Shown here: piece by piece, positions 48,007-61,194 of the stretch | How positions within the stretch are numbered: position 1 is the stretch's first letter | How the letters are laid out: each line of letters begins with the position of its first letter | NCBI GenBank assembly: GCA_000708835.1 | Contig: DF237070.1 | Coordinates: 62,001-126,000 of the forward strand | Length of the DNA: 64,000 bases | Direction: 5' to 3' | Source: Klebsormidium nitens | Taxonomy: Eukaryota > Plantae > Klebsormidiophyceae | The notes under the pieces: generated by a model | What the model was told of the DNA's origin: nothing | What the model saw: only the letters and a program-made list of their open reading frames with translations | Database searches by the model: none | Position numbers and translations under genes: made by a program

Positions 48007-48347
48007 AGATGAAGAACAACCGTCATATGATCTCACTTATTTAGCTATTGAATGGTCCTTACCTCTTCTTGTTTACTGCCAACCGCACACCGAACGATGC
48101 GTGTGGCTTTCCGACTGCAAGCTTGACGTCATGTCCACGTCAAATCTCGAAAGTGGTGGCTTCAGATCTGAGAGACCACTAAGCCTGCCCCCTCCAAGGG
48201 CCTCAATCACACTGAAGCATCCGGCATAGTCCGGGTGAAGCTAGCATGCACGCGCTGCATCTGATTGTATAGTGGCGCAATCCGTACCGTTAAGTGTCAT
48301 GGCGATTCATAAGCACATGCTTCCCCGGCGTGTGCTGAAATGAAGTA

Positions 48348-48538
48348 GTGTCGATTTCATGTTGAGTTACGGCTATGTTGAGCTAGGTCATGCCCGGGGG
48401 ACGGGTGGGGTTGGTTCGGGGGTTTAGGGTGGGTACGGGTGCGGAGCATGTTAACTTTGGGTTTAGGTTTTTAGTTTGTTAGCGCCCGGGGTACTGATCT
48501 AAACTCAACATACACAGAACTCAACATGAAATCGAGAC
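48348..48538. mobile_element. TA-TSD (Tc1/mariner-type, Stowaway-like) MITE, 191 bp, with telomere-like interior
   Basis: Left TIR GTGTCGATTTCATGTTGAGTTACGGCTATGTTGAG versus right TIR reverse complement GTCTCGATTTCATGTTGAGTTCTGTGTATGTTGAG (30/35 identical). TA on both sides (48346-48347, 48539-48540). The interior is rich in ggtttaggg-like motifs. Confidence 0.85.
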
Positions 48539-49161
48539 TAATCTGAAATGAGTACAGATTCTCCGAATACCTAGATGGTGAGCAGACCAGCATGAATTGG
48601 TTTTTACTCGGATCTGTTCCGGAGTGGCCTTCTTCATGCTTGATTGCGTATAGCGTTCACCGTTTTTTCAGGCAGCAGGCTTCGAATCTGATGCATCATG
48701 TTGCATATCAAGTTTATATAGGCTCATGATCAGGCACATCAAGAGTCGTCCTTCTAGCTCTCTTCTGCACAGTACCATCATTCCCTGTAATGTGATGCCG
48801 ATGTCCACGTACTCGACTTTGCACTAGGAGTCCCTTTCAGCGTGGATTAGCCATTCAAACAAATCTGGCACAGACAATATCCGACAAGAGTATATCGGCA
48901 CACATTTTTGGCTTCGTTTCCGTTCTTTCGCAATGGCGTAGTGCAATGTTCGTGGTCGACAATCTTTCAAGAGATTAAAGAGTCACTGACACGAGTAGGA
49001 CGTTTTCCAAGTCATTAATCAACAGTGAAACTTTGTCCAAACGCAACGATACTTGACAAAAAGGGCCCGGCAGCGTCCTCAAAACCCCCTCTTTCACACG
49101 GACACTGTTCTTCCAGCAAGGAAGTGTTTGTACGTTCACTATATGAAGCTAGCACTACTTT

Positions 49162-50982
49162 TTATACGTATACGGACGTTTTGAACCACGAAGTAAACAT
49201 GACCTCAACGGGACTCGACCTGCTGTTCCTGTACTGTCCAGCTTTTGTCAAAGTTCCGGCCCAGACTTTGGCAACCCTTCCCTGCTCCTTTGGCGGTAGA
49301 GACAAGAACAACGTCTCCGTCAAGCCTTCAAGCTTCGTGACCTCCATCAGACCCTCTGGAGATGTCCTAGTCAGGTTGCAGATTGCTCCCATCCACTTAA
49401 CCAGAAGCTGCGACTTGAGATCAACGGATACTGGGTAGCCACACCCTGCAGCCGCTTCAAAAATCTTCCACAGGGCAGCATTTTAGCCCGAGCTGCACAG
49501 GTTGGGCTGCTCCTCTAGTTGATTCCAGGATCCGATGAGCTCCGGAACCAGCTCCGGGCAGCTTCGAGTGAACTTAGACACTGCCTCTGAAAGTTTCCTA
49601 TTCCCGAAGCCTCCTTTGAGATGCATTCTCATGAGGACCATAGGATCACTCGCTCCAAAGTTTGTCGCCTCAGTCCAAGCAAACTTTTGCACCAGGTTGC
49701 CGGATGAGGCGTCGGTCTCTCTCAAGGCAGCCCACTCGTGCCTGCAGACGTCTTGATCTGCTTCACTGAAAGAAACGAAGAGATCCTTGGCAACCTCAAA
49801 AAGGTTCTTAGTACAAGACGCCAGGTCTTCCGTGTAGCCCGTGAAGTTTCCTAGACATGCCCCCGCCAAGATCCAGGCTCGTGCTATCTGTACTTTCTTT
49901 TCCTCTTCTAAGCTTGTGCACTGTATCAGGGTAAGCACATTGGAGATGAATCCAAAAAAAATTTCCGCGCTTGCCTGATCCGAGCAGTGTCTTCCCATAA
50001 CCGCGCTGAATCTGGGAGCAAACTCGGGCTTCGCAACCGCTTCTATGGCTTCGCTGTGACAGACGCCGTGCATCAGACAAAACCGGAGGAGCTGCGAGAC
50101 CAGAGAAAGATTGCCCAAGTAGAACGCGCGATCGTAAGATAAACCTCCATATAGAAGCCTTCTAAACTCGCCATTGACCTCCACGATCTTCTTGGAAAGT
50201 GCATCCTTCACGAATTCCTGGGATAGACCTTGCCACTCTAACTTGGCGTGGATGCTGATAAGGTCTTCAGCCGTCTCATTCCCATCCAGCATCCCCGATA
50301 ACAGGGTCTCGAAGAGCGGCTCCAAAAATTCCGCATCCGCCTCAAACTTTGCCAGCTTGTCTGCCAACGCCTTGACAACTTCTGAGCCGAGTCCCTTTAC
50401 AACCTCTTTGATAGTGTCAGCTTCTTCCCCAGACCAAACCGCAGCGTTCAAGTAGTCACAGCAGGCTTGAATGGAAGTCTCGCATCCCAAGAAGCTCGCC
50501 GCCTGCAGGACTTCCACAGCCTGCTTTGTATCTTTGAAAGGGAGAGGCTCATTTCTCTTTCCTGCACCTTCAGACGCGTACAGAAGCCGCAATGCATGTG
50601 AACAAGCACTCAGGTCCTCGCAATCAACTATGAGCTCCGGCAGTTCGCAGTCGTTTGATTTCTTTTCCCCAAAGCTTCCCGCTTCCATGTTCCAACGAGA
50701 AAGTTTGGCTTCAAAGTAGGCTGATCCATCTCGCAGCCTGCTTGTATGCAGACGGAGTTTCATCTCTTCCTGCTCACTCTTGTTGTCTGCTGTTCCTTTT
50801 GAGACATCTAGGGAGAAGGCACTTTTCCTTCTCTTACGCCCCTCCTCGGTGTCCTGCCAACCAGGCACAGTTTCAAGGGCTGCGGAAGCAGTCTCTTGCT
50901 TTGTCCTACGAAGCACGACGATGATATCTTTTGCAGTGGCGGGGTCATCAAGAGCCATGTCTTCGCTCGCAGGTTGCGCCAT
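49162..50982 (-). pseudogene. Intronless BTB/POZ protein (At3g05675/At1g63850-like family), copy 1; in-frame TAA at codon 500 of about 606
   Basis: The 499-aa ORF has LRLHTSRLRDGSAYFEAKLSRW, CSHALRLLY and VLQAASFLGCETSIQACCDYLNAAVW. After TAA (49485-49483) the same frame continues with NAALWKIFEAAAGCG...KLEGLTETLFLSLPPKEQ...VMFTSWFKTSVYV*, which matches the family's C-terminal LE-x-x-x-x-T-x-LTLP-x-x-x-Q...F-x-x-W motif. It may be a truncated but expressed gene. Confidence 0.8.
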
Positions 50983-52049
50983 TTCTCAAGGCTCTCTTCC
51001 CTATTGCAATCTGAACAAACTCGCACTGGCATGGAACCGTGAGTCCAGGCCGCCGTTGACGTCGCGGCCGCGGCCGCGGCGCGCTACTCCAAATGATGGA
51101 GGCCGGGTTTGCAAGTTGATCGTCGGGGCACTGAAGGCCGCCCGCGAGCTTGCCCGGCCGCGCGAAGATTATGCTGCCGCCAGTCGCCACTGAGCTCCCC
51201 GCTGTAATCTGAGCTGCGCTTTCAACCTGATCTAAGATTCACCAACTTTTGCTTTTGGTCACTTTCGGCAGTACATTGACTGTGATTTTGCGGGAGAATC
51301 AACCTTCCCACTCGCTGACAAAGCATCAACAGGGGAAGTACTCAACAAGCTCGACAGAAAGCTGCAGCAGACATCATGAGTCGAAGAACGCGTGGTGACG
51401 GGACTCGAATGAGCTGGCTTTTTTATGGTTGGGGGAATTAACACCCTAAGATTTCTTTCATTACCTGAGCAACAAAGAAGTTATGCGACGACCTGTGATT
51501 TCTTACGGCTGTTGCCAATCTTTTGGCTTGCACATCTTGCTTTCAACTTCCAGTTTGCGAGAAGCCTGAGATCGACGGCGAGTGATAGACCCGTTTCGAG
51601 TAGAGATTGTAATCTGTTGTGTTCATCGTCAACATGCAGAATCGATACGGTTTAGCATCTGGGAAGATGTGTCCGACAAAGGCTAAAAGGTCCGAGGCTG
51701 AGTCTCCACAACCCTTTTCTGAGAGTGGGAACGGCAAGCTAGCTTTTCTTGAAAGTTCTTACGAGTTTAGGACATTCTCGTGCTCGTTCTATGCTGCATT
51801 TCCATTGGGAGGCCGGGTGAATTTTCACAGAGGAAACACACGTGACAGTGTGTGGCCCTGTGATAACATGATTCGAACGAGGCCACTGCTTTAGCATGAA
51901 CAAAAGAGCCGCTCCCACGTTTTGGCCAATCGATACGGTCTCAAATTTAGAAGGCCTACTGAGAACCTTGATATGTCCAAAACATCCTTTCTCACATGGT
52001 TCTCATGGCAATTGCTTAAATATGTGACTTATGAAGCAAGCACTATTCT

Positions 52050-53903
52050 TTACTTGTAGACAAACTTCTTGCACCACGATGTAAACATAACGTCAATGGA
52101 CGAGCTTCTGTCCTTGTAGGTTCCAGATTCTTCTAGAGATCTGGCCCAGGCTTTTGAGACTTCTCCCTGCTCCTTCCGCGGTAGAGACATGAACAACGTC
52201 TGTGTCAAGTATTCAAGTTTCTTCACCTCTAACCCACGTCTGGACTTCCTACAGATCTCTGTCATCCACACTTCCAAAAGGTGCGACTTGTGCTCTATGG
52301 GTACTGGGTAAGCACACCCTGCAGCCGCTTCGAGTATAACCAGAAAGGCAGCCTTCGGACCCCAGCTGGACAGGGTAGGCTCCTCCTCTACTTGATTCCA
52401 TGATTCGATCAGCTCAGGAACAAGCTCAGGCAGCTTTCCACAAAAGCAGAGAGTGCCCCTTCAAGGCTTCTTCTCTGCAAGCCTCCTTTGAGATGCATCC
52501 TCATCAGGTCCAGAGGCTCACTCGTTTTCTTGAAGTTCCTTGTCTCAGGTTTTACGAATTCTCCGAGTAGGTTGCCGGACGAATCGTCGATTTCTGTCAA
52601 GGCCCACACATGCCTGCAGCAATCTTGGTGTGCTGCACTCAAAGAGAAGAAGACTTCCCCGGCAGCTTCAACAGAGTTCTTCAAGTTGGTACAAGCCGCC
52701 AGATTTACTCTGTACCCAGAAGTTCTCAAACTGGCCCCAGCCAAGATACACGCCCGAGCGATTGGGACCTTTTCATCCTCCTACAAGGTTGTGCTTCGTA
52801 TCAAAGTGAGCACATTGGAGAGGAGTCCAAATACTGCGTCGGCGCTTGCCTGATCTTCCAAGCCTTTCCTGTCAGCAAGCCTGCTGAAATCAGCTGCGAG
52901 CTCCTCGGGCTTGACGAATGCTTCTGTCGCTTCGTTGTGGCAAACGTCGTGTGTCACACAGAAACGGAGGAGCTGCGCCAATGCAGAGATCGTGCGCGAA
53001 AAGTGCTGGCTAGAGAGTTCCAAGCCTCCATGCAAAAGCTGTTCAAACTTGCCTTGAAGCTCCACAATTTGATAAGAAACTGCATCCTCAATGAAATCCT
53101 TGGGAAGACCTTGCCACTTCGACTTGGCATGAGTGTGAAGAAGTTCTTCCGCCGTCCCACTTTGAGCGAGCATCCCCATTAACAGGATCTCGAAGAAAGG
53201 CTCCAAGAACGTAGAGTCCCTCTCAAACTCTGCCAGCTTCCCTGCCACAGCCTTGGCAACCTCGGAACCGAGCCCCTGTACAATCTCTTTGATGCTGTCA
53301 ATGTCTTCTTCCGGCCAAACCGCAGCGTTCAAGTACTCACAACATGCTTGGATTGGATTCTCGCACCCCAAGAAGCTGGCCGCCTGCAGGACTGCCACAG
53401 CCTGTTTTGTATCTCGAAACGGGAGAGGTTGCTTTCTCCTATTTGCACCTTCAGACGTACTGTACGTCAGCAGCTGCAATGCAAGTGAACTAGCACTTGC
53501 GTCCTCGCACTCAACTATGAGCTCCGGCAGTTCACAGCCGCTTGAACCTTTCTCTTCAAAGCCTTCGGCTTCCAGGTTCCAACGGGACAGTCTGGCTTCA
53601 AAGTAGGAAGATACCTCTCGCAGCTTGCTTGTATGCAAGCGAAGACTTATTTCTTCAAGTTGCCCACAGATCTTGTTGTCGACTGTCGTGTCTGGATTTG
53701 CGGAAGAGGAGATGATACCACTCACGGTACTTTTACTTTTCTGACGTCCCTCCTCAGTAACCCGCCAAAAGTTGGGACCGCCTTCCAGGGCTGCGGAAGC
53801 AGTCTCTTGCTCTGCCTTGCTTGGCGAACGGAGTACAACGATGATATCTTGTGCTGCAGCGGAGTCACCAAGAGCCATGTCTTTGCTCGCAGGTTGCGCT
53901 CAT
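52050..53903 (-). pseudogene. BTB/POZ paralog, copy 2, pseudogene with three lesions
   Basis: Colinear with copy 1 along its length. Lesions: an extra A after the first ATG (ATG-A-GCG CAA CCT versus ATG GCG CAA CCT) at about 53900; TAG at 52783-52781 where copy 1 has Glu; a 1-nt deletion at 52429-52430 (TGC CT GAG versus TGC CCG GAG). The remaining C-terminus (...KLEYLTQTLFMSLPRKEQ...FTSWCKKFVYK*) is still recognisable. Confidence 0.85.
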
Positions 53904-55118
53904 ATTTTCAAGTGCAGTTTTTTTCTTAGCTCTTCTGAACAAACTCGCAAGGACTGTTCAGAGTCGGTTGCATCTTCTGACGTACTCAGACGTACTCGAA
54001 CCTTCCAAGCTATTGCCGCGGCCGCGGCGCGCTGCCACAAAGGATCGGGTTTATCAGGCGCGGCTTTAACTTACTGTGCAGTGCCAGGTAAGTTGGCCGC
54101 CCGTGAAGCCGCGCCCGGCTGCGCGAAGGGCGCGCGCGGCTGCGGCCGCCAGCCGGCCGCCGCCCGGCCGCGTGAACTGTACTTTCAAATTCATGCAAGT
54201 TTGAGCGCTCTAAACACCACCAGTTTGCTGAAATTCGCTGCATTTAGCACGTATGTCATCCATAACACCGTCATTTTTCTGGTTCAATGATCGTCGATCA
54301 GCTCTTTCTGCAAACGCGTGCAAACATTCAGAAATAGAGATCGAAAGTCCGTCTATAAAGCTGCACATAGTATGTGACGCGACGGACTCGACTCGGATAA
54401 ACGGATAAGTTCATGCTGCACGGACCTACGTACATCGTGCCTAGTTGTATGTATAAAAGTATTTCTTCCAGGCCCGTCGTCACTGTGCCAAAGACGTACC
54501 TTTTTTGCAAAAGGCTGCGCGCCGGGTTCCATTGAGATCAAACCCAGGCTGGCTATAGGTAAGTACGTCTTATGCTCTTACCGTCAGAACATAGTCCATC
54601 GGACCCTCGACCTCAAGCTATTGGCATATGCACCGTCACAGCTAGACGTATGCAAGCGTCCTACTGGGCGCAACATGGCGCCGCCAGATTTTGAATATGC
54701 GGCCTCGGACCGGCGGTTTCCTTTTGCGAGCTATTCGTAGTCGCAACTATTTATTGCATGATGCATATAGCAATTCCGTCTCGGTTCTACAGCAGTCGGC
54801 TGGGCCCATTAGAAGGACCATTAGACTGAACCGGATCCGAGATCAGCTTAGCAATGATCATCCGGCGGACGCCACTTCTGACAAACCTCTATGGTTGCGG
54901 GATAGTGGACTCAAGAGTTGAGCATCCGCATCTTGCTCATGTGCAACACGTGTCCTCCGACAATGTTCCAAGAGTTAACAAAAGAGTCGAGGAGCTCAGT
55001 ACAAGGCAACGGCTATGTTACAGTAGATGCATTCACTTGAAGAGTTAGAGGACACAACTTGTGGGAACAAGCCGCGCAGCGTCTCAGCAGATCAGACCGT
55101 TTCGATGATATTTGGATT

Positions 55119-58100
55119 TTAGTACTCTTCGTCCTTAAAATCTGGCCGTGTGACAGGAATCGCCCATCGGCCTAAATGCGCGGTGTAATTGAGACACCGC
55201 ACGACACCCCTGCCGGATGGCCCATCCGGAAAGTCGATCACGCTAACGCTTCCCGTTTGTAGGTGAAACCTGTCTAGGTAGTCGGGCGTTAACCCAAGGC
55301 AATGGCTGATCATAGCAACATGTGTCGACTCGTGTCCCACTACCAAGACGAGCTTATCGCCCTCCTCCCCGCTGTTTTCCAACACTTCCAACACCTTTTT
55401 CCACGCTCGGCCCGCCTGTTCCCAAGCCTCGTTCAATTTTCCATTCCCGTCCTGGCTGAGTGACTCCGCCGACTCTCCCTGTAAAGAATCGGATGCAGAA
55501 AGTAGAAGTGAGTCTCACGAAACAGCGTGCGGAAACGGAATTGAACACTGGCAAATCAAGCTTCAGTTCACTGTAGCGGCCAACATTCGATCTTCTTTTC
55601 GAGATTAGTTGATGAATCCAGGTCGAACACCATGAACCATCGGCTTAGCATCGCTTCGAAAACGCCTCAACTGGACCATTTTGCCATCCGCGTGAATTTC
55701 AAACCCTGCACGACTCGTCGCCACACCATACGCCTTTCTCAACGGTCCATTTGATCGAAGTTTGGCCTGTCCAAAATCCATTGCGCCTGATCTTTGCCTT
55801 GTCTGTGCATCCAATCCCCAGATATTGCACTGGACAAATCCAGCCGACGAGCTAAGTCTTGAAGAGAAACCCCCGAGTAGACCAGCCTCGTCTCCAACTT
55901 GCGAGAGCTGTGGTGACAGGGCTCGGTTGCAGATCGGCACAGAAAACACTGAGCTAAGTTTCGACCGCAGACTCCATAGAGCTTCCCAGTTTTAGGGACT
56001 GCAAACGGAACGACCGACGGGAACCTGGAGGACTTTTCTGCAGAAGTCAAGCTTCAGTCCATAAATGGTGGGCACTTAAAGTTTCAAGAACCATACTTGG
56101 TTACGATCTGAACGTCAAGGCATTCCAGGATTTGCGGCTTACCTCGGGAATCTGGAGGTTCAGGTCCTGCAGCTCCGGCACCTCGATGGTGTCAACAAAG
56201 CGCGGCTCGCAGTAGTCCTTTAGGCAGTACGCGTTCTCTTGCAGCTGGAAAAACCGACACACAAGAATGACTCTGATTGTTCAGCCCCAGAAAGAATGAA
56301 TGGGAAAATGCATCTCAAAGACTTGAATACCAAGCGTCTTTCTCAGACGGCACGACTTGGAGATTACTTCTTCTGTGACGAAATGGATGCGACTCTTTTC
56401 TTTTGCCGCATGGAAGGCGAAGGACATCGAAGAGTCCTGGGGAGAAAAACGAGAGCCGAAGTCAACAGTCCAATTTTCCTATCGCAACCAACGTAGGCCC
56501 AAGATACAATGAGAGGTGAATGACGTACCACTCGTATCTCTTCTGCAGCAGCAACGGCGCGCCCCGTGGGGCTGGTGACGATGGTGTCGATAGTGACGTC
56601 CAGCAGCAGCTCTGCCGTCTTTCGGGACTGCAATTGATTTACATCTATGTTTCATTTCTTTCTTTGATTTGCCATCCCATTTAGAAGCGTCCGTTGAGAA
56701 CGTAACCCTCTGAAACCAAACCCGAAATCTCGAAGTAACCGGCTATAGAGCTCCCATAACAACCAGTCAATAAGATGGAAGGACAAAGTCTGCTTTCCTC
56801 AAAACTAGGCGTCACTGTTTCAGAAACCGACGTGTAGACACCACTATTTTTAAAACGGTCATCTCGAAAGGCACCAAGCCTTCTTACAGCAGACACATGC
56901 TCTTCACTACAGCACAACCTAAAGCCTTCGGAACCTGCTTTTCGGAGTCTTCCAAGTCTTTCCAAAAACAGTAAAAAGATGGTTGAAACTTACCTGAACG
57001 ACTCCCAGCATGTTCATCGGTTCCTCCTGAGTAGCTGGTTTCTTCCCCTGCAAAGGCAGAAGTACGTCCTTCTGAGCGGAGCGGACCGAACGGATTGGAC
57101 GGAACACAAGGGGCGGCTCAGGTGCACCTTCTTAGGAGCAGCCGTCTGCGCATCTTGTGTCCGAAGAATCGCACATAAGCGTTCCGAGTTATTGCAGATA
57201 CGATCTACAGACCCTTCTCGAAATCACGCCAATATTATACCTCGATTGGCTCTGATGGTTGCTATCCGAAGAGAGGGCTGCCCAAAATTTGCTATCAGCA
57301 CATGTTGTCATTTCCGCCACACCGTTAGTAGATACGCAGTGATGCACTTTACTAAGTGACAATTGGTGGCGCAAGAGGAGGTTGCTCTCCACAACACTCT
57401 AACAAATGGCAGATACGCTCTCCCCGAGCCTGTCAACGTCAGTTCTCATCATCAAAAAGAACCAAACAAAGGCCCCCTACATCTGAAGTACAAGCTCCGT
57501 TACAACGAAAATCAAGACATACACTCACATCGCCTGCTAGAAAAGTCCACTCGGCTCAAAATGCTCCAATCTCACTACAAGACTGGTCCGCTTGTATCTG
57601 ACAATCGACTCAAGACAAGGACATGCCAACGCACCACAATAGCCGGGGTCTATGGGACCGGCTAGTCACTTCCTAGATAAACGCATAATCCGTACCTGGA
57701 GTGTGCTATCTGTCGCCCCGTGCCGAACGAGCACCAACCGGCACTTCGCTTTCCGGCCCGCGGACGTTCCCGCAGAAGCGGCGATCGGAGGACCAGGCGT
57801 CTGTAGGCAGAAGGAAATCTCGACCTTGCGTTAGCGACTGCAAAAACCCCCATGCGATGCATATTTTGACCGGCTTAACGGGCATAACGCCATCCAAATT
57901 GGAGTCGCGAACGAGCCGCGTGTCCTGGCAAAAACTTGTTCTCTGCTTGCGTGTCAGCACCAACAAGGGGATGGCCCAGAGTCCTAAACAAAGAGGAACG
58001 AGAAAACATGTCCCGATGCTTTCTTTGACTGCCAGGAAACTGGGGAGGCGAAACAACGATCGGTTCACAGTTGTTCACGGATCACCAATCTTCTGTCCTT

Positions 58101-61007
58101 TCTCGCCAAAGGCCGTGGGATTGCCAAACTTTAACACGACAGCCTCAAGCTCCGCTTCGACACGCCGCCTGCGCCTCACCTGGTTCAAGCGTTCCAGAGA
58201 CACCTTGGGGGGGCCGTCTGGGTCGGCATTGGGGGTGAAGTCGAGCACGCTGACCCCGCAATTGCTCTGAAGTAGGAGCCGGAAGTATATGGGGTCCAGG
58301 CCTGCGAGCAGGAGATCGATGCAAGTCATTCCCTGAGATTCCTTCTCTGCTGAGTACGGTGCAAATAACAGGGCGCCCCAACTAGAGCGGTAGCTATGAA
58401 ACCTGTCTCATGGTTTCTTGGACTCCCAGAACACCTGATTATCCAAAAGGTTGCTCGAAACACCCGAACTGGGGGGCCAGGATACTTCTCAAGAGACCGG
58501 AAATGATTGCTGGCAGTCAACTTGAGCTCCATTTTCAGAAGCGAGAATGATTGTGACGCGGATGCTGGCAGTGGCCGAAGTGAGACCGAGACATGTACAT
58601 GCATACTGAAGGCAATTTTGAGAGGTCCACCGTCGGTCCTGTTTGGGGTCGTCCTTTCGCTGGACTGCCTACGATAGAAATTGCGAGTACTTTTCAGGAC
58701 CTAAAGTGGTTGTCTCAGTCAAGAGACAATTGTCAGCTTCCATCGATGGCAAAAGAGACGGGAAGAACAAGAACCATTGACAATAGACGGCAGACGGGGC
58801 ACATTACGAAGCTACAAACCATGCAGAAGAGAAGTTCTCCTGCTGCGTGCATCCCGTCAGGACTGCAGACACAGCGACAGGGATATGCCAGGGACGCTTT
58901 TTGAGCTTCAAATGAACCAAGCAACTCGAGATGCGAGCCATTGGAGATACGAAACGATATTGAGAGAAACGAAGAAAAGACAGCGCAGAAAGGGGTATAA
59001 ACAAAGTCTTTGTTTAGTCGCCCCACCTGTTGCTGTTGCCACGAGCGCTTGGTTGACCGCGTTATGCGCCACCACAAGTGCCGACCTGCTCTTGTCCTTG
59101 AGAATCAGGTCCCAGCAGGAGCGCGCGCGCGCCCAGAGCTCGCGCACCGGGTAGTGCCCGTCGATCTCAAAATTGGCAGCGTCCTTCTGCCACATTTTGT
59201 ACTGCTCGCCGAAGCGCTCTTTACCCTCCTCCTTGTACAGGCCCTGCGCACGCCAGGGCATCTTCCCTTTACCTTTGAGATGTTTGCAACGTCAACGTTT
59301 GTTGCAACCTTTGTGTATCTGCTTGTTTGCTTCGCTTTTCCAATTTGTTCTCCTTCCATGTGCTTATTCAAAGCTGTGTTAGTAGGGCCTGTTATTCCAT
59401 GTACAGGCCTTGCAACGGGCAGATTCTCTTATCTTCATTATTACGTCTGGTGAGGACGTCAGCATGAGGTCAGCAGGGTTCTGGGACTCTTGAGCTAAGA
59501 CAAGGTCCTGACTCCCCATGGAGCTGCCGGCCTTTCCAGGGATGTATGTTGTAAAGCGAACCGCTGTAATTTGACGCTCTCAGCTTGCAAGCGAAGCTGA
59601 GGGGTGACTTTTGCAGAGGCTACATTGAAAGCCTGTTTTTGGAGCTTTGAGCGTTCTTCTATGCAGAGAATGCTGTGAAGAAATGCAAATGTCAGACGCC
59701 CCATAGGTGCAATGACCTCTACATCAAGCAGGCTTTTCACCCTTGGGAGCAGGTCACGCTACTCCAGCAGAAGGGGAGTTTGATCAGCTTTTTGCCAGCA
59801 ATGGCCGTGAGTCCGCATAGTTACTGCGTACTATCTCGTTGCTGGTTCTTACAAATATTGGGGGCCGTCCTGTCAGAAGTTGTCTTCTATTTCCCCTTTG
59901 CCTCAGAAACAGGTCGCACAAAAGTGTCAACGAAGAGATTATCTGGAGCCATGGCCAGATGACCCACTGTTTCTGGACGACATTTCTGCCGTAGAAAATT
60001 TACTGCGTGCTTTGAAGTTATCTCTTCAAGCTTGCAGAGCTCACCTGGAACGCATACAGATCAATCTCTCGAAGGTCGTCGACCGGGTACACTGGCCCGG
60101 TGCGCTTGTCCCAGATGATCTCGGCTGTCCGCTTTGACCGGGCCAGAGGGCTGCAGAAGCATTGGGAAAGGCAACATGAAAACAGCTTGAGGAGAGATAT
60201 TTGTGACCACTTGTGTGCTAACAAGTTCCTAACCTTTCACCCTCTTCTCCTGGCGGGAATGAGTGGAGCAACTTTGGATCATGCCTGGCCTCAAATGGAA
60301 ATGCAAGACTTTTGGCAAAGAAAATCTAGTCTGCAGTGTGAATTCTTCTTTCCTGTTCATAAAACTGGTCAGTTGTCTCCCTTAGCTTTCCTTGCTGATT
60401 ATGATTATAGCTTGGCAGCAATTGAAGCTACATGTCATCAGCAGAGATATAGATAAATGAATTGTCTGAGAGAATCGCACCTGTGAAATAGAGCATCAAA
60501 GTTTGCATCCGCCAGCATTTGCCTGCTGGTCTCAGCCTGAATGATCCCCTTCTCCGTCAAGACAGCAAAGTCGGAGCTGCCCTGGATGCGCCCTGCCTGA
60601 TTCCATGTGCTCTCCCCATGCCTTACAAGAACCACCCGCTTCGCTTCCTTAATTGGTGGCAGAGGCGAAAACTGGCAGTCAGGGGTTTGTGCAGACAATT
60701 TGGGAGGACTGGGGACAGGCTGCTGCTCTACCGTTTTGCTGGTTTCAGTAGCCACAGCCATAATGTGGCCCCTCCGAGCAGTGGGGAAGAAGGGAGACCT
60801 TGAATAGGTGCATTGCTTAAGGAGTTCCTTCAGAAGACGCAACTCTGTCCGCCTTTTGCACTGCTCGTGACGGCTTCCCCATGAGGACAGCTTGATGGGC
60901 ACAGCATTTGCATGAGCGAGATTGTTTCCAAAACCGGAGAGGCACCCATGATAAGAACTGGAAGGGGACAGCCTCTCCAACGTGCAACCTACAGAAGAAA
61001 CTGCCAT
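55119..61007 (-). CDS. Plastid phosphoglycerate-mutase-superfamily protein, probable 2-carboxy-D-arabinitol-1-phosphatase (tandem PGM domains)
   Basis: Transit peptide, then AKRVVLVRHGESTWNQAGRIQGSSDFAVLTEKG|SPLARSKRTAEIIW...DLREIDLYAFQ|GLYKEEGKERFG...IDGHYPVRELWARARSCW...LVVAHNAVNQAL|...YFRLLLQSNCGVSVLDF|...MNMLGVVQ|SRKTAELLLD|...FHLQTGSVSVIDFPDGPSGRGVVRCLNYTAHLGRW. This matches the plant CA1P phosphatase family throughout. Confidence 0.92.
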
Positions 61008-61174
61008 AGCAAGGTCAATTTGTCAGCTGGAAGGCGCCCTTCCTTTCCACAGAATTGAATTTGAAGGTTGTCACGCAATGCAACGTAGACTCTAGAGCGC
61101 GTGCGAATGGCCTTTTGCCAGAACCCTAAATTCGATCAACGCGCGCGAGCAGCAGGCCAACCGCGGCCGCACAC

Positions 61175-61194
61175 CCGCGACCGCGCGGTCGCGG
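61175..61194. repeat. Perfect 20-bp GC-rich palindrome within a CpG-rich patch upstream of the CA1P-phosphatase gene
   Basis: ccgcgaccgcgcggtcgcgg is its own reverse complement. Confidence 0.8.

Noticed and set aside
49460-49500. A micro-intron or programmed readthrough rescuing the BTB copy-1 TAA
   Set aside because: The only nearby GT..AG spans about 34 nt, far below intron sizes in this window, and the stop context is not a known leaky one.
51262-51400. YIDCDFAG resembling the copia RT/RNase H junction (Y-x-D-x-D-(F/W)AG)
   Set aside because: The downstream residues do not follow the copia pattern, the ORF is short, and no LTR or PBS is visible.
54200-55050. Short ORFs between BTB copy 2 and the CA1P gene, faintly resembling the start of the 61313 ORF (atggaacc...ttttgca)
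   Set aside because: The similarity is too short to be significant and no coherent reading frame could be assembled.
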